DNA of 63,995 nucleotides, the filler included, from Licmophora abbreviata (Eukaryota), in NCBI GenBank assembly GCA_900291995.1. It is 13 parts of 13 records of this genome, joined end to end, with 100 filler letters (N's around TTAATTAATTAA, not from the genome) between each part and the next. Parts side by side here need not be neighbours in the genome. Positions count along the whole stretch, not along the records: positions 47,935 to 54,781 come from OLMU01006137.1; positions 54,882 to 56,508 come from OLMU01006138.1; positions 56,609 to 59,286 come from OLMU01006139.1; positions 59,387 to 62,556 come from OLMU01006143.1; 9 more parts are not named here. One strand, given 5' to 3'. The position numbers and the translations under genes were made by a program. The notes beneath the pieces are model-generated. The model saw nothing but the letters and a program-made list of their open reading frames with translations. It did not search any database and was not told the DNA's origin. Below are positions 47,935 to 59,678 of this stretch, piece after piece (positions within the stretch are counted from its first letter, which is position 1; each line of letters begins with the position of its first letter).

Positions 47935-49476
47935 GAACTCTCCATACGAGCGGGTGAGCTCCCCGGATATACCGGCTGGTCACGACCGGAGCATACAATG
48001 GCACCACATCACAAACTTATTCAATACATGGACGGCATCCGAGCGGGAGACGAGTGGCGGGCTACTGTGTCGTGTTCCCACGATGAGTGTCGTCACGGCG
48101 GTGCACATTTCTATGTGCGAATCTACGGACCGGCCGTACTCACTGGCACTGTTCAAGACCACAGGAACGGAACATATACGATTCAGAGTTGGCCTATGGA
48201 TCCGGGATACTATACAGTCGAAATCGTCGTGACGTTTTCCTTTGCTCACAAGTGGAGTGACTATCCCTTGCCTCTGGATTGGAGCGAACCAGATTATGAG
48301 GGATACATGCTTCCCGATTTTCCTTTGGGTCTCAAAGTTGAACGCTCATCACGCCCATTGTATGATGAAGCGATCTGCTCGCTCGATTTCCTCATTGAAT
48401 CATTCGAAGATCCACCACGTCGAATACGGCGCTCTCGCTGGGTCGTTGTGGATAAGGTTGGACATCCAGACCACCGTACAATCGCCGAGGTCCCGAATGG
48501 CACCAAAAGAGTATCGCTACTAGGCTACCAGGAAGGAATTAACTCGCTCGGTATCTGGATGACATACATGTCTCGGGCTTGCTCGTTATTGCCATGGCCC
48601 GGATCGTATCAGGGGGGTGGTGACAACTGTCTACACAGTACAACCAGCAACAACACCAGGCCACTCCATGTCATTTTCGTTGGCGACTCGGTGATGAGTC
48701 TACAAAAGAATGTCTTTGACACACGTATCGCTAAAGGCACTGTGAAGACAACGCATGTCGATACAAGCACCGGGATTGTGCGTTCATTCTCGGCGGTAAC
48801 GGAAAACCTGATGGCCATTGCCCGGTCGAACCCCACCGACCGGCGGGTCGTACTCTTTAACTCTGGTCTGCACGACATTTCCAACCTATGCAACCACAAG
48901 TGGTCTGCAAAGCGTCTGCTTTACATGAATGTCTCCGACGAGACCTTTTCCTGTCCTATCGAGTATCACAGCCAGCTGAAACGACTCGTCGATTTTATAT
49001 CAGACTATCCCGCGGAGTTTCGAGTCTTTCAGTCCACCACGGCAGGTACGTTCACCATCCATGCACGAGTATTCGTCTCATCCAGATCGTATCTCTATAT
49101 ATTCACTCTTTCTTTACCAATATCATCGGACACTACGATAGGATGGCCAAAATATGGCAATTATGGATTCGCTTGGCCTCCTCGGGAACCTCAGCCCTTT
49201 CCGTCGTCACCAAACTTTGTCGCACATATGAACGACTTGGCTTTTGATGTTATTCAACAGCACAACAATAGGAAGCCAGGCAGGTTAAGGATTCTCGTCA
49301 TGGATGGGTATTGGATCACGCTTGCTCGACCAGACAATAGGGAGGTCAACGGGGAAAATGCTATCGGAAAGCACATGGTTCATCCCGGAAAAGAGGTGCT
49401 GCGCGCCATGGTGCGAATCTGGTGGATGATCTTACTTTATGGAGTGTCATCCGATTGCGTAGTCGATCCACAGTAA
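47935..49476 (+). CDS. NXPE/PC-esterase-like (Ig-like + SGNH-type) protein, 5' end probably in gap
   Basis: YVRIYGP...DHRNGTYTI, VIFVGDSVM, FNSGLHD, HMVHP; in-frame intron 49046-49141. Confidence 0.6.
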   Translation, partial: ELSIRAGELPGYTGWSRPEHTMAPHHKLIQYMDGIRAGDEWRATVSCSHDECRHGGAHFYVRIYGPAVLTGTVQDHRNGTYTIQSWPMDPGYYTVEIVVTFSFAHKWSDYPLPLDWSEPDYEGYMLPDFPLGLKVERSSRPLYDEAICSLDFLIESFEDPPRRIRRSRWVVVDKVGHPDHRTIAEVPNGTKRVSLLGYQEGINSLGIWMTYMSRACSLLPWPGSYQGGGDNCLHSTTSNNTRPLHVIFVGDSVMSLQKNVFDTRIAKGTVKTTHVDTSTGIVRSFSAVTENLMAIARSNPTDRRVVLFNSGLHDISNLCNHKWSAKRLLYMNVSDETFSCPIEYHSQLKRLVDFISDYPAEFRVFQSTTAGTFTIHARVFVSSRSYLYIFTLSLPISSDTTIGWPKYGNYGFAWPPREPQPFPSSPNFVAHMNDLAFDVIQQHNNRKPGRLRILVMDGYWITLARPDNREVNGENAIGKHMVHPGKEVLRAMVRIWWMILLYGVSSDCVVDPQ

Positions 49477-50031
49477 CAGTTACCACGAAGAGCCGCAGTA
49501 GCTTGGATGCAAAAGATAGGTTACGTATGGCGGCGAAGCTCGACGGCGCTTTCAAGTGGACAACAGAGAATCGTTGCGAACAAGTATGCGCCATGTAGCT
49601 AGCTACAATCATCGCTCATTTGACCTGGACAAGTGGGAGACCAAGATTGGGTTTCAAGCTAAGCCGCCTTATCTTTTTAATTAGACTACTCGTATCACGT
49701 GCCACTGAGAGATTGTGACACTTTATCGGGAGGGGCGACACTCCAATGTCAGATTTGCAAAAAAGGCACGACGGGAGGCTGAGCAGGGAATATCTCCTGG
49801 GACATGATAATTTATGCCCATGACCCTCAGTAGCCTCAGCCATAAATCCAAAATCTATCATTTAAGATTTATGTATGACTGGTTCCCGGGTGGGAAAGTT
49901 GCGCGCGCCACCCAGTTTTCCCGAAGTTTCACTTTGCACAGCGTGGTCCTGAGTTTCACGCTGAGTGTAGTACTCTTGTTGCTTTTGTAGGCTCCATCGT
50001 CTCTCGTTTGATCCAAAAAGCAGCTTGAATC

Positions 50032-52389
50032 ATGGTGGGTGATCGTTTGGAGGGAAGTGATGCACTGAATGAGCGAATGAACGCTGTTTTGGACTTGCTT
50101 GTCGCCGCTGGCACCGACACGGTAGACAACAGCATGCTGGAAAGGCAAGAAGGCCGATGTCGCCTGGATTTCGCCAAATCGATCCCCCTGCCGGAAGATC
50201 CACAGCCTTTCGACAAGAACGTGGAAAAACTTACGCAGGAGCTTCACGATTGTCGTCAAGAGACCCCGGAACGCCAGAAAGTGGATGATTTGGATCCGTC
50301 CGAACCGCGTCAGCTCACATCCTATAGCAACCACGGTGGGGGCGCTCGTCGAGCTAGTAAAGTGCCAAAGGAACCCAAAGCACCAAAGGAACCTAGACAG
50401 CAACAAGAGTCAGCTGCCGTGCCTGTTCCCGTGCCGGTTCCAGCCCCAGCGCCTCCGAAGGAAACCGGCGAGGTCGATCGACGCTCTGCGTTGGAGAGAG
50501 AGCTATCGGAGACATCATATCCGAAGATTGGACCGGGGTACTCGGACAGTATTTCGGTGGTTTCGGACCTTACTACTCCCACAGTGGTCACTGGCGTTCA
50601 TATTCCCGAGGAGGAGTACTACAAAAAAGGACCTCCCATGCAGATTGGTGTTACAACGACGAGCAAGCCTAGGAAAGAGCGGGACCGTGTATCGGCCAAC
50701 CGACGATCCAGTCGATCCATGAAACCGAATCACATTCAACAGCAGCCTCGCAAAGTGCAGCAGCGAGAGATGGTGGCTCCTTCGACATCCACTCAGCAAC
50801 AACCGCGACAGGAGCGCCATGCGTTGTCGCCACAGCAGCCGCAACAGCAGATGCCGGCACCGCCGACTCCGATGCAACAACAGCAGCTGCGGCGATCAGG
50901 CATAGAAGCAAAGGTTCCAGTGTCTGCGCCTCAAACGATGCCACAGTCGCCATTGCAGCGTCGGCGGACTGGCGGAGCTGCTGCCCAGCGTCGTCAGTCT
51001 CATATGGCGGTTCTTGCGCAGCTCAAGCAGACACAACCTGTCCCGAGCCACCCCATGCCAAAATCGCCGAGCGCCGCTGCTCGTTCCAGGTCTGTTCAGC
51101 CTGCCCATGCGTCGATGCCAACAGCCGAAACCGCTAGGCATCAAAGAGTCAGATCGCTGCAACCGTCTGTTCCGAAGAGTGTCAATGATTTTCCATCTCT
51201 CAATTCGAATACGGACCAGTTTGAGAATGATACGTCATACGGATCGGAAGGATATGGTCGACCGAAGACTAGCTCTGGTGGGAAGCGTCGATCACTATTG
51301 CGCATGTCCAACAAGTATGCACCGAGTGTCTCTACTGCTTCCTCTCGCATGCTACTGAACTCCTCACAGGCGAAGACTTCCAAGAATCGTCCTTACGGTC
51401 TCATGCGACGCCGCGGCACTGACGATACGAAGTCGTCGAAGGGGCGAAACAACCCAGGGACGGTATCGACCGAATCAACAAGCCGAGGCTATGGGAGTCT
51501 TCCGAGCTCCGGCAGCAACAACATTGACTTGGATGGTGTCTTGTCTACTATGGGAAAGGACATTGACTACATCTTTCGTGAACTGAACGCATTAGAAGAG
51601 TCTAGTCCCGATGCTCCTCCCTCTTCGCCTACTCGGCGCATGAAGTCAGCTGATATGCGAGTACTGCCAGCTTCCGAGAGCGGTGTCCACACAGTGAATG
51701 AGAGCAACTTGGGATCGACGGCTAAAATCAAGTACACGTTGGGGAGTGTTGGGCGGACGCTTCGTACGGACGAGGATATCGACAAGTCGACGGCCAACGG
51801 CGCGAATGGAATGGAACGAAGCGGGGTCGAGTTAAACGTTCCCATATCAGATCCTCTGTTGATCGACGAAGACGGATTCATTATTGCAGAAGAGACGGGC
51901 GTTTCGGACGACCCATTCTCTGCAGGCAAGGGTGACGGTACTCCCAAGAAGAAGGATGCATTCCACAGCGTATTCACACCCGGGCCGTCTGCGAATCGCA
52001 GAGAACGGAAGCCGAGCGTCGGCGTTGGGCGCCGCAACACCATGAACATGGCGAGCTCGTCGCATCCCGAAAGTAGGGTAGCTGCGCAGGAACGTCGTAG
52101 GTCATCGATGACGCACACCGCTAGACTACAAACGCCACAAACGGATCCTGCCAACAAGGAAGTTCGTATCGATGCGGTGGAGCTGGCAACAAAGAAACGA
52201 ATTGAAATGTTGCGAAAGCTCGTTCATCAGAGATCGGAGCGCTTCCCCATGGACGACCCGAGCTTGCGTAGAGGTGAAGATGCCCTGAACAACAAGCTAG
52301 ACTTTGTGGAGGCGGAAACCATGAAACAGATTGCGCGGTTGCGCACCCGACTGGGTGAAAGTCAACGCGGTGGATTGGCTAGGGCGTGA
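50032..52389 (+). CDS. Long low-complexity, probably disordered hypothetical protein
   Basis: 785-aa ORF rich in Q/S/P/R, with VSDLTTPTV and a helical C-terminus. Confidence 0.65.
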   Translation: MVGDRLEGSDALNERMNAVLDLLVAAGTDTVDNSMLERQEGRCRLDFAKSIPLPEDPQPFDKNVEKLTQELHDCRQETPERQKVDDLDPSEPRQLTSYSNHGGGARRASKVPKEPKAPKEPRQQQESAAVPVPVPVPAPAPPKETGEVDRRSALERELSETSYPKIGPGYSDSISVVSDLTTPTVVTGVHIPEEEYYKKGPPMQIGVTTTSKPRKERDRVSANRRSSRSMKPNHIQQQPRKVQQREMVAPSTSTQQQPRQERHALSPQQPQQQMPAPPTPMQQQQLRRSGIEAKVPVSAPQTMPQSPLQRRRTGGAAAQRRQSHMAVLAQLKQTQPVPSHPMPKSPSAAARSRSVQPAHASMPTAETARHQRVRSLQPSVPKSVNDFPSLNSNTDQFENDTSYGSEGYGRPKTSSGGKRRSLLRMSNKYAPSVSTASSRMLLNSSQAKTSKNRPYGLMRRRGTDDTKSSKGRNNPGTVSTESTSRGYGSLPSSGSNNIDLDGVLSTMGKDIDYIFRELNALEESSPDAPPSSPTRRMKSADMRVLPASESGVHTVNESNLGSTAKIKYTLGSVGRTLRTDEDIDKSTANGANGMERSGVELNVPISDPLLIDEDGFIIAEETGVSDDPFSAGKGDGTPKKKDAFHSVFTPGPSANRRERKPSVGVGRRNTMNMASSSHPESRVAAQERRRSSMTHTARLQTPQTDPANKEVRIDAVELATKKRIEMLRKLVHQRSERFPMDDPSLRRGEDALNNKLDFVEAETMKQIARLRTRLGESQRGGLARA

Positions 52390-52709
52390 ACCATCACCCT
52401 TGAGGTGCAATCCTGCCAGATACCTGGTACACCGGGAACCCAGAAAACGACCGAGAAGTCGACCGTTCCACGATTATTATTTGAAAACGCGGCTCAAACA
52501 CGTCTCCAACGGACGCAATCGCCGTTTGATGTCACTCGACAAGATTCATTGCACGTCGATAGGATCTCACTGGTTACGTCGTTTTTAGTTTTCGAGCGCC
52601 CTGCAGATTGCTTGCGCTGTCTTTGCCGTGCCTAGTCTCGAACATTACAAGTTCATTGTGCGTGGTGGTCTTCAACTGAGTGTTCGCGCCTGGGTATCGA
52701 TTGTCGATC

Positions 52710-53099
52710 ATGCGAAAGTACGAGCCAAGGAAGCGACGTCGAGGCTTCTTCTCGTTTCTGCGCTCGTGGTGGCGAAAGCGTCAGCAAGATGATCTCCGCC
52801 AGAACGTGACAGAAGAAGAGTCTGTTGCTTCGGAGGTTCCTTCCTACCTACCGCCTCCAACGCATCACGGAATCCTTCGGCATTATCAAGGCGGAGATGA
52901 CGAATCGGTGCAGTGCTCTCTAGAATCACTTGATTCACTTGTGAACTCGTATTGGGACCCAGATGATGGCAGCACGTTGATGATCGAGCATAACGAGCCA
53001 CCGGAGCTTGTCATGCAACAGCATATGTACTTTTTGGGGCAGGATCGTATGCCGAAGGAAGTGAGGCGTCGATCGCGTCCACAATCTCAGAATTTTTAG
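52710..53099 (+). CDS. Small hypothetical protein
   Basis: ATG at 52710 and plausible composition only. Confidence 0.4.
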   Translation: MRKYEPRKRRRGFFSFLRSWWRKRQQDDLRQNVTEEESVASEVPSYLPPPTHHGILRHYQGGDDESVQCSLESLDSLVNSYWDPDDGSTLMIEHNEPPELVMQQHMYFLGQDRMPKEVRRRSRPQSQNF

Positions 53100-53507
53100 G
53101 TTGCCCAGGTAGACTACCTGGTAGTATTTCCGAAAAGTCAAAAGAAGGCAATACGAGCTATTGAATTAAAAACGAAATATATCATCATATCGCTGCGTCA
53201 CCTGCTTTGCGTGTATCAATGTATGGGCTTAGGCTGTATTACGATAGAACTAAGCTCAACGAGCAGGCCTAGCACGCACAGACTCACTAACATATTTTCG
53301 GGGACCTTCCGAACGGCTCGAACAAGGAGTGGGATGGGCTGTTGCATGTCGTGCGAGGGATATCGCCTCCACACCGCCGTCAACTCTACTTTCCTGAAGT
53401 GAGCCTTGCAAGACGATAGTACATATGCACGGGCATAATACAGATACGGTCTTCGGCCTGTCAGAAAACAACCAGAAATACAATATTTTACACAGGTACT
53501 CGTCGTG

Positions 53508-54566
53508 TCAATGAAGAAGTCCTTCAAGCTCAGTGTTGGATAAGGCTGTCTTCACATCATTGTAGTTGCTGAGTGACACGTTGTGCGCTGGCAAGAATGT
53601 GGGCTTCAACGATTGTGCGCCTAGAAGCTTCGCGAACGTAAGCTCGTTCACGGGCCCACGTCCCAAAAACTCAAATACACGTTTCCACTCGGCCACTGCT
53701 GCACTCTCATTTCCGAATACGTTCCCGTACAGCTTTTCGTAGCTCACCAGTAAATGCGGAATTCCGTTCAACTCTAGGAACTCGTCAATCATATCGTCTT
53801 CTTGAATCATGGACCTCAACGTCTTATGAAGGAGAACCGTGCGAACATATATTCCAGACGAAGATTCTCGATATAACTTTAAGCAGTCTTCTTCCCCCTC
53901 CACGCAATGGGGAATACCAGCAAGCTCCGCATGCTGCTGATGCTTCTTACGAGAGATGAGCGTATCAAGATGGTTGCGACGTGATCGGATAATCTTAACC
54001 GGTAGGTCGCTGCTCGCTGCGATGAATCGGAAGGCTGCCGTGACGCCGGACCATCCGAGCATTTCTGGCTCGAGCTTCCACTTTATTCCAATGACTCCCG
54101 CCATCGGCAGTTGCTTTCTCTTCTGGCAAATTAAGTCGATCAGCCACTTTTCATTCTTGTGAGTCTTGAAGAACTCTCGGTTTTTGTCAAAGTTGCGTCC
54201 AGTGGCCTCCAACTCATCCTCCTCTGTGCTCTGTATCTCTTGACCAGTCAGATTGCTCATGATTCCGAACGTCGAAGCCGATCCTGACCGACCTCGGCAT
54301 ATCAGAATGACAGGAATGGGAAGTTGAGACGCATCGGTTTCGGGACAGCTCGAGGAGAATCTAGCCACCTCAACGGTCATGTCCAGAATCGTTGCATTGG
54401 TTACGGTACAAGGCGATGAGCATCTGGCCACCTCCTCAGTTGGGTCAAAATTAAGGATTGTGCGTCCCTCGCCGATCGCCTTGTACAGTCGCAGTACCGC
54501 CAGAGAAGGAGCGAGACAACCCAGCACGATCCTCAGACGACGATGGTATGCTTTGTTTTCCTTCAT
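53508..54566 (-). CDS. Sulfotransferase-like (Stf0-type) type II membrane protein
   Basis: N-terminal anchor, ICRGRSGSAS, GIKWK, RRNHLDTLIS, VSYEKL, LSNYNDV. Confidence 0.65.
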   Translation of the reverse strand: MKENKAYHRRLRIVLGCLAPSLAVLRLYKAIGEGRTILNFDPTEEVARCSSPCTVTNATILDMTVEVARFSSSCPETDASQLPIPVILICRGRSGSASTFGIMSNLTGQEIQSTEEDELEATGRNFDKNREFFKTHKNEKWLIDLICQKRKQLPMAGVIGIKWKLEPEMLGWSGVTAAFRFIAASSDLPVKIIRSRRNHLDTLISRKKHQQHAELAGIPHCVEGEEDCLKLYRESSSGIYVRTVLLHKTLRSMIQEDDMIDEFLELNGIPHLLVSYEKLYGNVFGNESAAVAEWKRVFEFLGRGPVNELTFAKLLGAQSLKPTFLPAHNVSLSNYNDVKTALSNTELEGLLH

Positions 54567-54883
54567 ACTCTCAAAGTACTCCTTCCTTGTCGGGCGGCCG
54601 CAGGCCGCCCTGTTTAGGTCACGTGTGTGTGCGTGATATTTTTGTCAAGTGTTCGTGTCATAATGGTCGACTCAGTCGCAACAATGACTTTCGACTTGCT
54701 CTCCCGTCTTGTTTACGAACAAAAGCTACCTGAACCTTCGTAGAGAATAAGTGCCAATCAGGCCCAAGAATAATTTAAACTNNNNNNNNNNNNNNNNNNN
54801 NNNNNNNNNNNNNNNNNNNNNNNNNTTAATTAATTAANNNNNNNNNNNNNNNNNNNNNNNNNNNNNNNNNNNNNNNNNNNNTT

Positions 54884-56071
54884 TTTACCATTCTGACGTT
54901 TGATCCGAATGACGACTCGAAAGTCATCGGCTCCAAGGACTTGTACACCGATTATCCGAAGATCTCCGTCAAGGAAGTCATCAAGTCCAACACCTTCTAC
55001 AACGAATGGATCTCTGAATCCTACATTACTGAGAACATGAACCTCACGTATCAGTTCCTCAAGAATCACTGCTCGGACGAGTTGGCCGACAAAGTGTTTG
55101 AGAAGTACGACGAGTACGACATGTCTGCGAAAGGTGGACCTCTGTTCTTTATCCTCATGATGAGGATTCTTCTCTCCAACACTGAAGCAGCAGCCTCGGC
55201 GCTTCAAAAGAGGATTGAGAACTTCAAGATCACCAATCTTCCGGGAGAAGATATCAGTCGTGCAATCAGCCTTTTGAAGGCTGCAATCTCGCGTCTCAAG
55301 CGCGTGAAGAGAGTTCCTGACACTCTCGTCAGTTCTCTTCTGAAGATCTTTCAGACCTCATCAGTTCCAGAGTTTAATTCTGTCTTCGAGCAGATGTCTC
55401 GTACAGAACTGATTAGTCGCTTCATCAATCAAGATAACGACGATACCGACGACGACTACGACAGTTCCACGAAAGCAGTACTTGAAAAGTCAAAGCAGAT
55501 TCTGGACATCGCAGGCGATCTCTTTCTCTCTCTGAAGGAGGAGACGAAGGGTGGATGGAAAGGAGCGAGTACTCCTGGCGACGCGTCGCAATTCAGCAAC
55601 AGCACTGGAGTTCTGTGCTGGAACTGCGGCAGCAGCGAGCACACCCTGCCTGACTGCAAGAAGCCTCACAATGAAACCCTCATCGCCGCGAATAAGAAGA
55701 AGTACTTCAACAGCAAAGGTGGCGGCGGCGGCAGTAAGTCGTCGACCGGCAAGAGCAAGTGGGCTCCCCCAACGTCGAAAGAGAAAAACAAACGAGTTAT
55801 CGACGGTACGCCTATGTGGTGGCATTCGAAGACCAAGCGCTGGGTCAAGGATCGCGAGAAGACACAAGCCAATGCGAGCCGCAAAGGCAAGAAGAAGTCA
55901 ACCACCAAGAACCAAGCCGACGACAAGGAAGAGACGTCAACTCAAGAAGATTCGAACTTGGATGAATCCGACTCGAAGAGTGGCGCCAAGGCTCTCTTGT
56001 TGCGTCTCGGCAATATTGAGAAGACTATGAGTGAACTCAAGACTCTCAAAGAGTCATTCGGTCTCGAATGA
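54884..56071 (+). CDS. gag: Copia Gag, 5' truncated by gap
   Basis: Frame open from the gap; GGPLFFILMM, PGEDIS, CWNCGSSEHTLPDC zinc knuckle. Confidence 0.85.
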   Translation, partial: FTILTFDPNDDSKVIGSKDLYTDYPKISVKEVIKSNTFYNEWISESYITENMNLTYQFLKNHCSDELADKVFEKYDEYDMSAKGGPLFFILMMRILLSNTEAAASALQKRIENFKITNLPGEDISRAISLLKAAISRLKRVKRVPDTLVSSLLKIFQTSSVPEFNSVFEQMSRTELISRFINQDNDDTDDDYDSSTKAVLEKSKQILDIAGDLFLSLKEETKGGWKGASTPGDASQFSNSTGVLCWNCGSSEHTLPDCKKPHNETLIAANKKKYFNSKGGGGGSKSSTGKSKWAPPTSKEKNKRVIDGTPMWWHSKTKRWVKDREKTQANASRKGKKKSTTKNQADDKEETSTQEDSNLDESDSKSGAKALLLRLGNIEKTMSELKTLKESFGLE

Positions 56072-56609
56072 CTCCTTGGCCGTGTGTTCGGTTCATACGA
56101 ACCGAGCTCAGGCCACCAAAGTACAACAACCAAAACAGCCCCCAATCCTGGGAGGGAGACCCAGGAGAACACCAGCCTTCATCGCCTTCGACTCTATCTA
56201 TTCAGAACCCTTTTGTGTTTTGGATTGCGGTGGGTTGTTTCCCTTCGGTGCTTCATCGAGATCTTCGAAAGCATCCGAGCACCGGCATCCTGGACTCTTC
56301 CGTCCTGGTTTTGCCGCAGAGTCTGTCCACGTCGCTCTCGCCACTATCATTTGTGGCGAAAGGCAATGTTCAACCGTCCAAAAGGAAAATATTACTTCGC
56401 GTCCGTTTCTATGTTGAAATTTTGGGAACGTCGATCTTATCGGTTGCGCGTGAGGCAGCAGCGTCCGTCTCGCTCGAAGACGAAACGCAAACATCCTTCT
56501 TCTGAGAANNNNNNNNNNNNNNNNNNNNNNNNNNNNNNNNNNNNNNNNNNNNTTAATTAATTAANNNNNNNNNNNNNNNNNNNNNNNNNNNNNNNNNNNN
56601 NNNNNNNNA

Positions 56610-59286
56610 CTTCCTATCGTCATTGATTCAGGAGCATCGGTCTCCTTAACTCCAAACCCGAAAGACTTCGACGGTCCTATACGACCATGTGAACTGGCCA
56701 ATTTAAAAGGCCTTACAGATGAGACGACAGTGGTTGGCGTCGGTACGGTCAGCTGGACCGTACGAGACATCTTTGGTACGGTCCGGACATTGCGTACGAC
56801 GGCTTATTATGTACCGTCTGCCACTATCCGCCTCTTCTCTCCTCAAACTTACTTTCAGGAAAATGCGAAGGGGAGCTGTCTGATGACGGCTCGACACACT
56901 CTGCTTACCTTGGCCGACGGCTCGGAGCTAGAGTTTCCCTACAACACCCACAGCAATATCCCGCTCATGCTTCCAGCAGAGCCGAAACTCGTGGGACTGT
57001 GCTTTGATGATGCAGCATTACTCGGCGATACTCCAACGATGGTATCTCTTATGTCCGTCGCAGCCGAGACGAACCAGAACCTTACTGGCACCCAGAAGGA
57101 GTTGCTCTTGTGGCATTGGCGTCTTGGCCATGCTAATATGCAGTGGGTTCAGACTCTGGCACGCAAGCCCAGAGATGACGCCAACACCCTACCACCCCTG
57201 AAGACGAAGAGTCCAACCGTATCAAGCTGCCATGCTCCGAAGTGTGCAGCCTGCCAGTTAGCGAAACAGCAACGGCGTCCAGATAAGGCGCGCCAAGTCC
57301 AGAATCTACCGGACAAGGAGAAGTTAATGAGCCATGGCATTCTCAAGCCAGGCCAACTTGTCTCCATCGATCAATACATGTCAGGTGTGCCTGGCCGTTT
57401 GCCGCACACTAAAGGCAAGGAGAAGAAGGAGTCCCAGTATTCTGGTGGAACTCTCTTTGTTGATCACGCAACTGGTTATATCTTTGTCCACCATCAGGTC
57501 TCCTTGCGTAGTGGTGAAACCGTCCATGCAAAGAAAGCATTCGAACATCATGCTAGTCAAAATGGAGTCAAGATCAAAGGCTATCGAGCCGACAACCATC
57601 CCCTTTGCGAGCGACGAGTTCAAGCAGCACATTGAGCTGAAAGGTCAAACGATTGACTACAGCGGCACTGGCGCTCATCATCAGAATGGCGCCGCGGAAC
57701 GTGCTATTGCTACAGTCACAAGCTGGGCGAGAGCCATGCTCTTGCACCAGATCATCCATTGGCCAGAGTCGGCCAACTTAGACCTATGGCCCTTCGCCTT
57801 AGACCATGCAGTCTATCTGTGGAACAATCTTCCGAAATCCAACGTGAAGAATTCCCCCATCGAGCTATTCACTAGCAGCATAGTGGGTGCTGATCACCTA
57901 CAACGCCTCCATGTGTGGGGCTGTCCAGTGTACGTCTTAGACCCGTCACTTCAAGACGGCAAGAAGCTCCCAAAATGGAAGCCAAGAGCTAGACGAGGAC
58001 AATACTTGGGTGTGTCGAAGAAACACTCGAGTAACATTGGTTTGATTCTAAATCTCAGGACGGGGCATGTTAGCCCACAGTTCCATGTCGTCCACGACGA
58101 CTTATTTACAACGGTTCCCAATGTGGAGACCGGAGGAATGTTTGAAGCGACTAGCTTTGATGCCAACTCATGGGCACGGCTTGTCGAAAGTGGAACTGAG
58201 CGTTACCTACTTCAGGAGGAGGACAAGAATGGAAATCCCATCCCACTACCCGAGATCAGCGAGGACTGGCTATCTGGCGACGAGCTTCGTTTGCGTCAAG
58301 AAGCAACCGCACGGCGTCGACGACGTCGTGAACCAGGGAGAGATCCGTTGCAGAGGGAGCCTGTGATACAGACACCTCAGACTCTTCATCCCTCCGACAT
58401 TCCAGCAGGCGATCCGCCACCAGAGACCCAACAGCAAGATGAGGCTCTGCAACCAGATGACGACGACCATGAGGTCGCGCAGGATGATAATGATGCTACT
58501 GAAGTGCCGAGTGACGATCAGGAAGATCTAGGTACCGAAGGCGCTCAGAGTGACGATCCGAGAGATCCAGGTACTCAAAGGCAACGGCGTAGAGCTCGAG
58601 ATCGAATGAATCCGAAGTACGGCGGCCCAGAGTGGTCAGCCAACTACGCTGGCATCGATCCATCACGTCGCAAAGTCCGAGTCAGTACGCTCAATGAGCA
58701 GTACCTGAGCTCGTTAGACTGGACGAAAGCAACCGAGTTGCTAAAATCACACGCTCTGAAAGCAATGCTGGCTGAACAAGAGAGTGATATTGACCCTGAT
58801 ACGGGCGAGATTGAGTGGATGCACCCGATGTTGTTTCATGCGAAAGCAAACACCGAGGATAACCCGAGTTGGGAAGAGGCCATGAATGGTCCAGACAAGG
58901 CAGGCTATTTGAAAGCCGCCGAGAAAGAAATCGAAACTTTACAGTCGAAAGGAGCTTGGGACGTTGTTGACCGAAAGCCATGGATGAATGTGCTTCCTTC
59001 AACGTGGGCAATGCGATGCAAGCGTTTCCCGTCAGGTTTAATCCGCAAGCTCAAGGCCAGATTCTGTGCCTGCGGCTATCGACAGCTTGAAGGCGTTGAC
59101 TTCTTTGATACCTTTGCACCAGTCGTCAGCTGGCCAACAGTTCGACTCATGCTCGTGTTGAGTGTGATCATGAACCTTGCTACGGCTCAAGTTGACTATA
59201 CTGCAGCATTCATTCAATCCCCAATAGACAAAGACCCCAACTGGGACTCCCTGTCTGATGAAGAGAAGGAGCGACGAGGCGTCTAT
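56610..59286 (+). CDS. pol: Copia Pol (PR-IN-RT), partial, with a frameshift at 57600-57603
   Basis: IVIDSGAS (protease), WHWRLGH...CAAC, VSIDQY, RADN, QNGAAER (integrase), KLKARFCACG, TFAPVV, QVDYTAAF (RT). Confidence 0.92.
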
Positions 59287-59678
59287 NNNNNNNNNNNNNN
59301 NNNNNNNNNNNNNNNNNNNNNNNNNNNNNNTTAATTAATTAANNNNNNNNNNNNNNNNNNNNNNNNNNNNNNNNNNNNNNNNNNNNTCTAAAATGATAAA
59401 GGTCGACGACCGCCGGATGAGGGTAAGTCGAGTCGAGTCCTCTGGGGCAAAGTCTATTCAAGTCGACGCTTCCGGCTAGCGGGCCTAGCTGCTTACTCCA
59501 CATGTACATTATATTTCTTCTACTACTATCGTTATTAACTCATAGATACGATTCGTCATCGTGCTCATCACGTGTGCCAAGGCTATAAAATTGTCTTCCG
59601 CTTCGATTCCACCCAACAAGCGTGTCAACACGCACGCTCCTCTTCCATGAACTCTTCTCTAGAGCGCGCAGGCTCTCT

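Larger units (their letters stand above)
54882..59286 (+). mobile_element. Ty1/copia LTR retrotransposon, internal region; LTRs and RNase H not visible because of gaps
   Basis: gag with CCHC knuckle, then protease, integrase, reverse transcriptase in copia order. Confidence 0.93.

Noticed and set aside
57600..57606. Programmed +1 frameshift (CCC-C) in copia pol
   Set aside because: It falls inside the integrase core and matches the other homopolymer errors in the window.
54740..59510. Copia LTR ends and target-site duplication next to the gaps
   Set aside because: No matching TG...CA boundaries with a shared 5-bp duplication could be identified.
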